This document shows positions 46,674-55,596 of a DNA stretch of 64,000 nt, in pieces (position 1 is the stretch's first letter; each line of letters opens with the position of its first letter). The stretch comes from Parachlamydiales bacterium (lineage in GTDB: Bacteria > Chlamydiota > Chlamydiia > Chlamydiales > SM23-39), in assembly GCA_041661445.1 (NCBI GenBank), contig JBAZUK010000001.1, positions 258,027 to 322,026 on the forward strand, written 5' to 3'. Position numbers and translations under genes: made by a program. The notes beneath the pieces were generated by a model. The model was not told the origin of the DNA. It did not search any database and saw only the letters and a program-made list of their open reading frames with translations.

Positions 46674-49600
46674 ATGAGAGCACTAAAGTTTTTGTTCATC
46701 ATAATTCCTTGTTTTTTAAGCGCTAATCCAACAGGAGAGGATGTTGTCCACGGAAGTGCAGTTTTTTCAAGAGAAGATAACAGCCTAATAATAAATCAGA
46801 AAACAGATAAGACAATAATTAACTGGAACGATTTTTCAATAAGCGGAAATGAAATAACAAGATTTGTTCAGCCATCAAAAACTTCAACAGCATTAAACCG
46901 AGTAATAGGGAATGAGATTTCAAAAATATATGGAAATCTAGAGAGTAATGGCAAGATTTATTTAATAAATCAAAAGGGCATTTTAATAGGTCCAAATGGA
47001 AAAATAAACACCAATGGGTTTGTAGCATCAACACTTGATCTAGAAGATAGCGAATTTATTAATGGAAAAGATCTGCATTTTGTATCAGATTTGCAATCAT
47101 TCATTCAAAACTTTGGAACAATAGAAGGTTTGGATGGCGAAGTAATCTTAATAGCTCCGTTTATAGAAAACCAAGGAACTATCAAAGCAAAAAATGAGAA
47201 AGCGGCACTGCTTGCATCAAATGATGTTTTATTAAAAGAAGAAGGATCTAATTTTTTGGTTAAAAGCGACTGTTTTATTGATAACAAGGGAACAATAGAA
47301 GCTGTAGAAATAGAGCTAAAAGCATCAAATGGCAATATCTATTCACTTGCGATTAATCAAGAAGGAATAATTAAAGCTCGAGGCATTGAAGAAAAAAAAG
47401 GAAGAGTTTTCTTGATTGCTGATGGAAAAATGGAAGTGGCCGGAAAAATCACTTCAAAAAGCGATAATGGTGGAGTAATTCATATACTAGCTGATGAAAT
47501 ATATATCAAGGAAGGAGCGACAATTGATTCATCATCGGATAATAATGGAGGAGAGATTTTAATCGGTGGAGATTTTCAAGGTAATAACCCGCAAATAAAA
47601 AATGCTAAAATCCTGCAAACTGCTAAAACCGCTACAATTGAAGCAAGCGCTTTCAAGAAAGGCAATGGCGGAAAAATAATTTTTTGGTCAGATGATCTTA
47701 ATTTATATGAAGGAAATACTTTTGCAAAAGGTGGAGAGATATCAGGGAATGGAGGATTTGTTGAGGTCTCATGTAAAAAAGATCTTGAGTTTAGAGGAAT
47801 GGTAAGCACTTTAGCCAGCAATGGAAAAACTGGATCTCTTTTGTTAGATCCTTCTGATATTACAATTAGCACAACATCTCCAAGTTCTCCCGCTTTTATT
47901 CCACCTATATATGACCCAGCTACGAGCCCTGCTAATCTATGGGTAACGGATCTTAATAATGCATTAGTAGGAAATGATGTTACAATACAAACAACGAGTG
48001 GCACAGGCGGTTCAGGGATAATATCAATACAGAATAATGTTGGAATATCTTGGAGCACTAATCATAGCTTAACTATTTTAGCTGATAAAAATATATTATT
48101 TCAACCAGGGGGAGCTCCAACAATTACTCATAATGCTGCTAGTGGTCAGCTTACTTTAACGGCAAATGGAACTGGAAGCGGCGGATATCATGGAATTAAT
48201 TTGCAAACTTTAAAAATTAATTCGACTTCCAGCGATATTATTTCAATAAATGGTACTGGAGGAACTTCTGGAAGTAATTATGGACTTTCTTTTACAAATA
48301 CTACAATTTCAGCCGCCGGTGATATACAAATAACCGGAATTGGAAACTCAATCAGCAGCAATTCTCAGGGAATACATTTTGTCACTTCTTCCATCAGCTC
48401 TACATCAGGATCTATCACTTTTAATGGCACATCTGGTCCTGGAACTACAACTTGTTATGGTATTGCTATATATCAAAGTAATCCTGGTTTTATTACAAAT
48501 GGAGGGGTTTACGCCAATGGTACAATAACGATTAATGGAATATCTCATGGAAGTGGAACATCTGGATATGGGTCATATATTTATGATTCTATAGTGCAAT
48601 CTACTGGAGGAGGAAATATTTCTGTTACAGGAACCGGTTCGGGAACAACAGGAGCTGGAATATATATAGATGTTTCTTCAACAAATATTTCAACGGCAGG
48701 AACTATGTCTTTTACAGGAACTGGTTCGGGAACTGAAAACGGCATACATTTTTTGAATGGAACCATTCAAGGAAGTGATAATTCAGATATAATTCTTACT
48801 GGAAGTGCACCCGTTGGAAATGACATTAATCTTTTGAGTTCATCAAAAATTATTAATTCAACAGGATCGATTTCGTTATTTAATGATACTTATTCATATG
48901 GATCAGCTACTAATTTTCAAACATCAGGAGCCTTAAATATTTCGCCTCTATTATCTTCAGATTCAATAGGTGTCGGAGATTCGGCAGCAGGAACACTTAC
49001 TATTTCAAATGCAACGTTACAATTAATATCTACAAATGTCGGTTCTGTTAATGTTGGATATCCAAATGGCACACATACATCTCAGGTAGGAGGAATTACA
49101 ACGGCACTATCAAAAGATTTAACGGTATATGGACAAATAATATCTACGGTTGGAAACATTAACATTGGAACTAAAACTTTAAATCTAGATATAGGATCTG
49201 CTTCTGCAGGAAGTTGCACTATCAATAATCATGCATATACTATAGCATTAGGCACTTTTAATATTAATGGGCTAACAGCATTTGATCATGTTTTAAACAT
49301 GTCAAATGGAGGAAATAATACTTGGATAATTACTGCAGCGAATTCTGGTAGTATTTCTTCTACATCATATACTGGAAATATTAATTTTATTGGAATGAGG
49401 AATCTTGAAGGCGGAAGCGGAAATGACATATTTAACATTCAGACGGGTGGAAGCATAAATAGTTTAACTTTTGCAAGCGGAACAACAAAAGAGTTAAATT
49501 ACTCAGGTTATGGCTCTGCGATATCGGTTAATTTACAGACTCCAGATGCTACAGGAATAACGACAATAACAGATATAGCAAATATTACAGATATTGTCGG

Positions 49601-52010
49601 AGATGCAACCTTATTTGGATCAATAACAGGACAAAACAGCGGAACAACAACATGGACGATAAATGGATCCAACCAGGGAAATGTCAGCAACAGTGGTGGG
49701 TTAAATAGTGATTTTTCAAATATCAATACATTGATAGGCGGAAGCGGAAATGACATATTTGACATTCAGACAGCCGGAAGCATAAATAGTTTAACTTTTG
49801 GAAGCGGGATAACAAAGGAGTTAAATTACTCAGGTTATGGCTCTGCGATATCGATTAATTTACAGACGCCAAATGCGACGGGAATAACGACAATAACAGA
49901 TATAGCAAATATCACTGATATTGTCGGAGATACAACCTTATTTGGATCAATAACAGGACAAAACAGCGGAACAACAACATGGACGATAAATGGATCCAAC
50001 CAGGGAAATATCAGCAACAGTGGTGGGTTAAATAGTGATTTTTCAAATATCAATACATTGATAGGCGGAAGCGGAAATGATATATTTGACATTCAGACAG
50101 GTGGAAGCATAAATAGTTTAACTTTTGGAAGCGGAACAACAAAAGAATTAAATTACTCAGGTTATGGCTCTGCGATATCGATTAATTTACAGACACCAGA
50201 TGCAACGGGAATAACGACAATAACAGATATAGCAAATATCACAGATATTGTTGGAGATGCAACCTTATTTGGAACGATAACAGGACAAAATAGCGGAACA
50301 ACAACATGGACGATAAATGGATCCAACCAGGGAAACATCAGCAACAGCGGAGGATTAAATAGTGATTTTTCAAATATCAATACACTGATAGGCGGAAGCG
50401 GGGACGATATTTTTAATGTTGAATCTACAGGAAGTTTAAATAGTATTACTCTTGGAACAGGAACTAATAGTTTAAATATGATGACAGGAGCTGGAACGAT
50501 TAGTACGGTAAATGGAGGTGGCACTGATAGTTATGACTTGATGGGCGGAACTATAACAAACTTAATTGCGGGACCTGGAAATGATAACTTTACGATGGCT
50601 GGAACAAATATAGGAGGTTTATTAGATGGTGGATCTGGAAATAATACATTAATAATTCCTAGTTCAAATAATACCTGGAATATAACTGGAAATAATTCAG
50701 GAAATATTTTGAGCGGAATAGCTGGGAATTTTAATTTTATTCAAATCCAGAATTTAGTTGGCGGAAGCGGGAATGACATATTTGACATTCAAACAACCGG
50801 AAGCATAAATAGTTTAACTTTTGGAAGCGGAACAACAAAAGAATTAAATTACTCAGGTTATGGCTCTGCGATATCGATTAATTTACAGACACCAGATGCG
50901 ACGGGAATAACGACAATAACAGATATAGCAAATATCACAGATATTGTTGGAGATGCAACCTTATTTGGATCGATAACAGGACAAAATAGCGGAACAACAA
51001 CATGGACGATAAATGGATCCAACCAGGGAAACATCAGCAACAGCGGAGGATTAAATAGTGATTTTTCAAATATCAATACACTGATAGGCGGAAGCGGGGA
51101 CGATATTTTTAATGTTGAATCTACAGGAAGTTTAAATAGCATTACCCTTGGAACAGGAACTAATAGTTTAAATATGATGACAGGAGCAGGAACGATTAGT
51201 ACGGTAAATGGAGGTGGTACTGATAGTTATGACCTGATGGGCGGAACAATAACAAACTTAATTGCTGGCCCTGGAAATGATAACTTTACGATGGCTGGAA
51301 CAACTATAGGAGGTTTATTAGATGGGGGATCTGGAAATAATACATTAATAATACCTAGTTCAAATAATACCTGGAATATAACTGGAAATAATTCAGGAAA
51401 TATTTTGAGCGGAATAGCCGGGAATTTTAATTTTATTCAAATTCAGAATTTAGTTGGTGGAATAGGTGATGATACTTTTCAGCTTTCAGGAGGAACTATT
51501 TCTACGATCAATGGCGGATCATCAGGAAATAATACCCTTATAGCGGATAATATAAATAACATTTGGAATATTTTAGATAATAATAAAGGTAATATAAATA
51601 ATTCGATTTCTTTTGAGAATATTCAAAATTTAACAGGAGGAAATCAAAGTGATATTTTTATTTTAACAAATCAAAAAGGAATATCAGGAATTATTGATGG
51701 AGGCAATTCTCCTATACCCATTAATACTTTAGATTATTCAAATTATACAACACCTGTTCGGGTGAATTTAATAGCCGGAACAGCAACAAATATTGGTCAT
51801 ATAATCAATATTCAAGCTTTTATTCTGCCTTCAATTTTTATTAAAAAATATTTTACGATATTGGAAATAAGTTATGACTTAAATAATATTTATCTAGATA
51901 AATATGACTATGTATTTGATAACCATAAAAGATTTTATATCAAGTTAAACACGATATTATCTAACAAACTTTTTTTAAATCACCTTATCAATTCAATGTT
52001 AAAAAAATAG
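46674..52010 (+). CDS. two-partner-secretion exoprotein (TpsA; filamentous haemagglutinin-like) with repeats each carrying one GGxGxDxF motif
   Basis: Signal peptide plus a TPS/haemagglutination-activity domain: 'VVHGSAVFSREDNSLIINQKTDKTIINWNDFSISGNEITRFVQPSKTSTALNRVIGNEISKIYGNLESNGKIYLINQKGILIGPNGKINTNGFVAST'. A Gly/Thr/Ser-rich beta-helix-like body follows, with repeated 'GGSGNDIFD'. Confidence 0.85.
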   Translation: MRALKFLFIIIPCFLSANPTGEDVVHGSAVFSREDNSLIINQKTDKTIINWNDFSISGNEITRFVQPSKTSTALNRVIGNEISKIYGNLESNGKIYLINQKGILIGPNGKINTNGFVASTLDLEDSEFINGKDLHFVSDLQSFIQNFGTIEGLDGEVILIAPFIENQGTIKAKNEKAALLASNDVLLKEEGSNFLVKSDCFIDNKGTIEAVEIELKASNGNIYSLAINQEGIIKARGIEEKKGRVFLIADGKMEVAGKITSKSDNGGVIHILADEIYIKEGATIDSSSDNNGGEILIGGDFQGNNPQIKNAKILQTAKTATIEASAFKKGNGGKIIFWSDDLNLYEGNTFAKGGEISGNGGFVEVSCKKDLEFRGMVSTLASNGKTGSLLLDPSDITISTTSPSSPAFIPPIYDPATSPANLWVTDLNNALVGNDVTIQTTSGTGGSGIISIQNNVGISWSTNHSLTILADKNILFQPGGAPTITHNAASGQLTLTANGTGSGGYHGINLQTLKINSTSSDIISINGTGGTSGSNYGLSFTNTTISAAGDIQITGIGNSISSNSQGIHFVTSSISSTSGSITFNGTSGPGTTTCYGIAIYQSNPGFITNGGVYANGTITINGISHGSGTSGYGSYIYDSIVQSTGGGNISVTGTGSGTTGAGIYIDVSSTNISTAGTMSFTGTGSGTENGIHFLNGTIQGSDNSDIILTGSAPVGNDINLLSSSKIINSTGSISLFNDTYSYGSATNFQTSGALNISPLLSSDSIGVGDSAAGTLTISNATLQLISTNVGSVNVGYPNGTHTSQVGGITTALSKDLTVYGQIISTVGNINIGTKTLNLDIGSASAGSCTINNHAYTIALGTFNINGLTAFDHVLNMSNGGNNTWIITAANSGSISSTSYTGNINFIGMRNLEGGSGNDIFNIQTGGSINSLTFASGTTKELNYSGYGSAISVNLQTPDATGITTITDIANITDIVGDATLFGSITGQNSGTTTWTINGSNQGNVSNSGGLNSDFSNINTLIGGSGNDIFDIQTAGSINSLTFGSGITKELNYSGYGSAISINLQTPNATGITTITDIANITDIVGDTTLFGSITGQNSGTTTWTINGSNQGNISNSGGLNSDFSNINTLIGGSGNDIFDIQTGGSINSLTFGSGTTKELNYSGYGSAISINLQTPDATGITTITDIANITDIVGDATLFGTITGQNSGTTTWTINGSNQGNISNSGGLNSDFSNINTLIGGSGDDIFNVESTGSLNSITLGTGTNSLNMMTGAGTISTVNGGGTDSYDLMGGTITNLIAGPGNDNFTMAGTNIGGLLDGGSGNNTLIIPSSNNTWNITGNNSGNILSGIAGNFNFIQIQNLVGGSGNDIFDIQTTGSINSLTFGSGTTKELNYSGYGSAISINLQTPDATGITTITDIANITDIVGDATLFGSITGQNSGTTTWTINGSNQGNISNSGGLNSDFSNINTLIGGSGDDIFNVESTGSLNSITLGTGTNSLNMMTGAGTISTVNGGGTDSYDLMGGTITNLIAGPGNDNFTMAGTTIGGLLDGGSGNNTLIIPSSNNTWNITGNNSGNILSGIAGNFNFIQIQNLVGGIGDDTFQLSGGTISTINGGSSGNNTLIADNINNIWNILDNNKGNINNSISFENIQNLTGGNQSDIFILTNQKGISGIIDGGNSPIPINTLDYSNYTTPVRVNLIAGTATNIGHIINIQAFILPSIFIKKYFTILEISYDLNNIYLDKYDYVFDNHKRFYIKLNTILSNKLFLNHLINSMLKK
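49410..51455 (+). repeat. near-identical in-frame coding repeats inside tpsA, architecture A-A-A-B-A-B (A = 327 bp, B = 369 bp)
   Basis: Unit starts (GGCGGAAGCGG) at 49410, 49737, 50064, 50391 (B1), 50760 (A4) and 51087 (B2), ending at 51455. 50064-50759 and 50760-51455 form a 696-bp higher-order duplicate that differs at only a few, mostly third-codon, positions. Confidence 0.9.
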
Positions 52011-52171
52011 CTAAATCTAGATAGAGAGTATCCAAAAACTCAAGTCCATTTTTTGATTTTATAAAATTTTTTTTGTTTTTTCATTTTTAGTTTTTATTTT
52101 TTACAGTTGATAAAAATATGCATTTTATTAAAATGCAAAAAAAGGGATTTAAATTAAAAAAAGGAAAAATC

Positions 52172-52441
52172 ATGAACAAATTAAATGTAAAAGCTTTTAG
52201 TTTAACCTGCGCTATTACATGGAGCTTAGCTTTGCTTGTTTTAGCCTGGATTTCGGCTTTTGGCTGGGGAATTCGCGATGTCAGCATGCTAGCCGGATTA
52301 TATTTAGGTTATAAAGCAACTTTTTTTGGCGGCATTATCGGAGCTCTATGGGGATTTTTTGATGCAGGCATCGGGGGATTTATTTTTTCATCAATTTATA
52401 ATTACTTTTTAAAAAAATTTTCAAAAATAAAAGCCGGCTAA
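52172..52441 (+). CDS. small hydrophobic membrane protein (hypothetical)
   Basis: AAGGAAAAATC-ATG start. Two or three TM segments rich in Gly ('GGIIGALWGFFDAGIGGFIF'). Confidence 0.5.
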   Translation: MNKLNVKAFSLTCAITWSLALLVLAWISAFGWGIRDVSMLAGLYLGYKATFFGGIIGALWGFFDAGIGGFIFSSIYNYFLKKFSKIKAG

Positions 52442-52647
52442 AAAATTAGATAATGATTTATTTGATTATTTTTTTGTTTCAAAAGTTTTTTGATCTGCTT
52501 AAGATAAGAAGGTATTTTTTTTTCTGCTTTTTTTGTGATGTTAGCTTTCCCGCTATGTTTTTTTACTTTTTTTTATAAAAAACATAAAAAAACTTTTCAA
52601 GAACGCTTTTTATTAATAAAGTTATAAAAAAGAAAGCGGAGGTGTTT

Positions 52648-53253
52648 ATGTCTAAATTATATTTTCGTTACGGAACAGTAGGTTCTGCAAAAACTTTAAA
52701 TTTATTAGCTGTTGCCCATAATTATAGAAGACAGGGGAAAGAAGTCTGTCTGATTAAACCTGAGCTTGATACCAGATTTGGTAAAAAAAAGATCAAATCC
52801 AGAGCCGGACTGGAAAAGGAAGCCGATCTATTAGTTAAACCGGATACTGTACTGAATTACGATCAGTTTCTAAATATAAGCTGCATATTAGTCGATGAAG
52901 CGCAGTTTTTATCTGAGTTCGTCATCAATCAATTTAGAGATATTACAGTTAATCTTCATATACCTATAATTTGCTATGGTCTTCGAACTGATTTTAAATC
53001 CCGGTTATTTGAAGGATCCAGAAGGTTGATGGAACTTGCTGATTCAATAGAAGAAGTTAAATGTACCTGTCAATTCTGCAATAAAAAATCTGTAATGAAT
53101 TTAAAGCATGTCAATGGGCTGGCAACTGTAGAAGGAGCTTCTGTGCAGCTTGGCTGCGAAGAGTTGTTTTATCCGGTATGTTTCAGCTGCTATAAAAAGC
53201 AGATAGATGATGCAAAAAAAGTTAAATTGACTGAAAGCGTACTAACGAAATAA
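52648..53253 (+). CDS. tdk: thymidine kinase (E. coli Tdk type)
   Basis: 'KLYFRYGTVGSAKTLNLL' P-loop region, 'VDEAQF', and a C-terminal zinc ribbon 'CTCQFCNKK...CFSCY'. GGAGG SD 5 nt upstream of the 52648 ATG. Confidence 0.88.
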   Translation: MSKLYFRYGTVGSAKTLNLLAVAHNYRRQGKEVCLIKPELDTRFGKKKIKSRAGLEKEADLLVKPDTVLNYDQFLNISCILVDEAQFLSEFVINQFRDITVNLHIPIICYGLRTDFKSRLFEGSRRLMELADSIEEVKCTCQFCNKKSVMNLKHVNGLATVEGASVQLGCEELFYPVCFSCYKKQIDDAKKVKLTESVLTK

Positions 53254-53316
53254 TTTTAGAAATTAAACTGAGCTTTGGTTTAAGTCTATAAATAGTTTGA
53301 TGCAAAGATGATATTT

Positions 53317-53769
53317 TTATTCTAGCGGTAGATTATTGATCTTTAAAAAGTCATTTTTCCAGTAATAATTATCAAGCAGTCCATCGGTATTTCTTTTTGT
53401 GAGAAGATACATCAGATACAAGGCTTCAATGGATGCCAGACCATGTTTTGGATCCGGGCACATTGTTTGTTTTCTGGGATATGCCGTGACATATTTTGGA
53501 GGAATGCTTCTGCATTCGATATTTTCAGGGATAATTTTAAGAATTTTTTGTAAATATCCCCAGGTTGAATCAATTAATAAAATTCCTTTGTTATTATCTT
53601 TTTCATCTAAAACTGGAGCGTCAACTTTTAATAAAACATAATTTGTTAGATCAAGTCCATCTTTTAAGGGATATGTATGAAAAATCATATCTTCTCTGTT
53701 TTCGATGCCTCGAAGCGAGCATTTCTTCAGGTTTTCTTTTCTATGTCTGATTATTATTGTAGGAAGCAT
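53317..53769 (-). CDS. DTW-domain / TDD-superfamily protein (putative RNA aminocarboxypropyltransferase-like)
   Basis: 'LLIDSTWGYLQK' (DxTW motif) and N-terminal 'HRKENLKKCSLRG'. Short at 150 aa. Family assignment by motif only. Confidence 0.45.
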   Translation of the reverse strand: MLPTIIIRHRKENLKKCSLRGIENREDMIFHTYPLKDGLDLTNYVLLKVDAPVLDEKDNNKGILLIDSTWGYLQKILKIIPENIECRSIPPKYVTAYPRKQTMCPDPKHGLASIEALYLMYLLTKRNTDGLLDNYYWKNDFLKINNLPLE

Positions 53770-53963
53770 AATTTTTATTAAAACAATCTGATAAAATTAA
53801 TTGAACAATTCATATAAATTTAAAGTAATTATAAGAAAGATCTAATTAAATAAAAATCTTAAAAACTGATCATATTCTGCTTAAAGTGTTTTTAAAAAAA
53901 TTATTGTAATTTATTTAAAAAAAATATTTACTGTTTTTTCGTTTTAACAAAAATGGTAAAAAT

Positions 53964-55499
53964 ATGAATATTTTAAAAAAATTATTTTTTTCTATATTTT
54001 TTTCTATAAATCTTTTTGCAACGCTTGATTTTACAAACCCGACTTCAACTCCGGCCGGAACACCAGATTTAGTTCCAGGTGGCTCTATTCAAAAGATGGT
54101 TACGGATACTACAGGACAATATGTTTATGCAATTTGGTCAAAATTTGATGGGCTAGTAACTAGAATTCAAGTTGCAATTTCTTCGGATTATGGAGTTAAT
54201 TGGACTTATCCGGTTTCGACCCAGTGGGGCACTCCAAACTTATCGGAGCCCGGAACTTCGTTTGGTGAAGATGCTAAAAATCCTGAAATAGCAACGGATG
54301 ATTCAGGACAATATGTTTATGCTATCTGGGGTAGAAATAATGGAACGGATTATATAGTTCAAATGGCCTACTCAGATGATTATGGTGTAAATTGGTCTAA
54401 CGTCACAGATCTTGCAGATGTTGGAACAATAGTATATAATTCCGGTTTAGCACCGAAGATATCAACCGATAGCTCCGGACAGTATGTTTATGCTGTCTGG
54501 ACAGAAGATTCGGGTGCATCAGGATCAGTTGAATCTGCATATTCAAATGATTTTGGACAATCCTGGACAAATGTCTTGGTGTCCAATGCTGAGGAACCAG
54601 GTGAGGTCCAATTATCAGCAAATAGTACTGGACAATATGTTTATGCTATTTGGAAAGATTACATATCTCCAAGTTATGATTTAAAGTCAGCTTATTCCAA
54701 TGATTTTGGCCAGTCTTGGACTCCGGTTCCTAATTTAGTAACAGCTAATTCAAATATATCAAATTATAAAATAATCAATAGCGATTCCGGACAATATGTT
54801 TATGCGATCTGGCTGGCAAGCGATGGTATAGTTTCAAGAGCTCAGGTTGGTATTTCTTCTAATTATGGTGTTTCTTGGTCAAGTCCTTTATCTACTCCTG
54901 CAACTGATGGCTCGCCGAACCTCTCTCAGCCAAGGACGGGCTCATCTGATGGAGCTGCAGGCTATATAGGAATAACAGCTAGCAGCAGCGGCCAAAAAAT
55001 TTATGCTATCTGGGCTAGATATGATGGAACAATAAGCAGGGTACAGGTAGCAATTTCTTCGAACTATGGAAATACCTGGATCAATCCTACCGCCACAACA
55101 GCATCTGACGGCTCTCCGAATTTATCCGAGCCTAGACTTGGATCTTCAGATGGAGATAGCGCAAATTGTCAAATAGCAACGAATTCTACTGGAACTAACG
55201 TTTATGCTGTATGGTCAAGAACTAACGTTTCACTTAAGAAGCCGGCTCAACTGGCCATGTCATCAGATTCTGGGATCACATGGACCGATCCTACTACGAC
55301 CCCTCCAGGCACAACTCCTCCGGATCTATCTCTGGTGTCGGTATATAGTATCGTTGGGGTTTCTACCAATTTTTCCGGTGAGTATGTTTATACTATCTGG
55401 AATGATCCTTACGGTCCGCTCCAGGTTGCCAACGGTCTTTTTTCTGTATCGCCATTTAGAATTGCATTTCCCATTTCTTTAATGCCTATAAAAAATTAA
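53964..55499 (+). CDS. secreted BNR/Asp-box repeat beta-propeller protein (sialidase-fold, no catalytic motifs seen)
   Basis: Seven canonical Asp-boxes Sx[DN]xGx[ST]W (SSDYGVNW, SDDYGVNW, SNDFGQSW x2, SSNYGVSW, SSNYGNTW, SSDSGITW), each preceded by 'GQYVYA[IV]W'-type strands. Signal peptide present. Confidence 0.75.
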   Translation: MNILKKLFFSIFFSINLFATLDFTNPTSTPAGTPDLVPGGSIQKMVTDTTGQYVYAIWSKFDGLVTRIQVAISSDYGVNWTYPVSTQWGTPNLSEPGTSFGEDAKNPEIATDDSGQYVYAIWGRNNGTDYIVQMAYSDDYGVNWSNVTDLADVGTIVYNSGLAPKISTDSSGQYVYAVWTEDSGASGSVESAYSNDFGQSWTNVLVSNAEEPGEVQLSANSTGQYVYAIWKDYISPSYDLKSAYSNDFGQSWTPVPNLVTANSNISNYKIINSDSGQYVYAIWLASDGIVSRAQVGISSNYGVSWSSPLSTPATDGSPNLSQPRTGSSDGAAGYIGITASSSGQKIYAIWARYDGTISRVQVAISSNYGNTWINPTATTASDGSPNLSEPRLGSSDGDSANCQIATNSTGTNVYAVWSRTNVSLKKPAQLAMSSDSGITWTDPTTTPPGTTPPDLSLVSVYSIVGVSTNFSGEYVYTIWNDPYGPLQVANGLFSVSPFRIAFPISLMPIKN

Positions 55500-55505
55500 A
55501 AAAAT

Positions 55506-55539
55506 ATCCTTCCTGTTAGTATAAAATAATGGGAAGGAT
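55506..55539. terminator. possible bidirectional terminator hairpin between convergent genes
   Basis: ATCCTTCC ... GGAAGGAT forms an 8-bp stem but with a long 18-nt loop, followed by TTTC. Confidence 0.3.
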
Positions 55540-55596
55540 TTTCTATAAAGGATTACAAATATTAAGCATTTAAGAATTTTAAGAACTTATTTTTTG

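Noticed and set aside
49508-51142. Four minus-strand ORFs (85-120 aa) with nearly identical sequences, spaced 327 or 696 bp apart. They could be mistaken for a gene family or for a CRISPR-like array.
   Set aside because: They lie antisense within the tpsA coding repeats and simply mirror them. The repeats are contiguous, with no unique spacers, and are in frame with a long ORF that has clear protein-level conservation.
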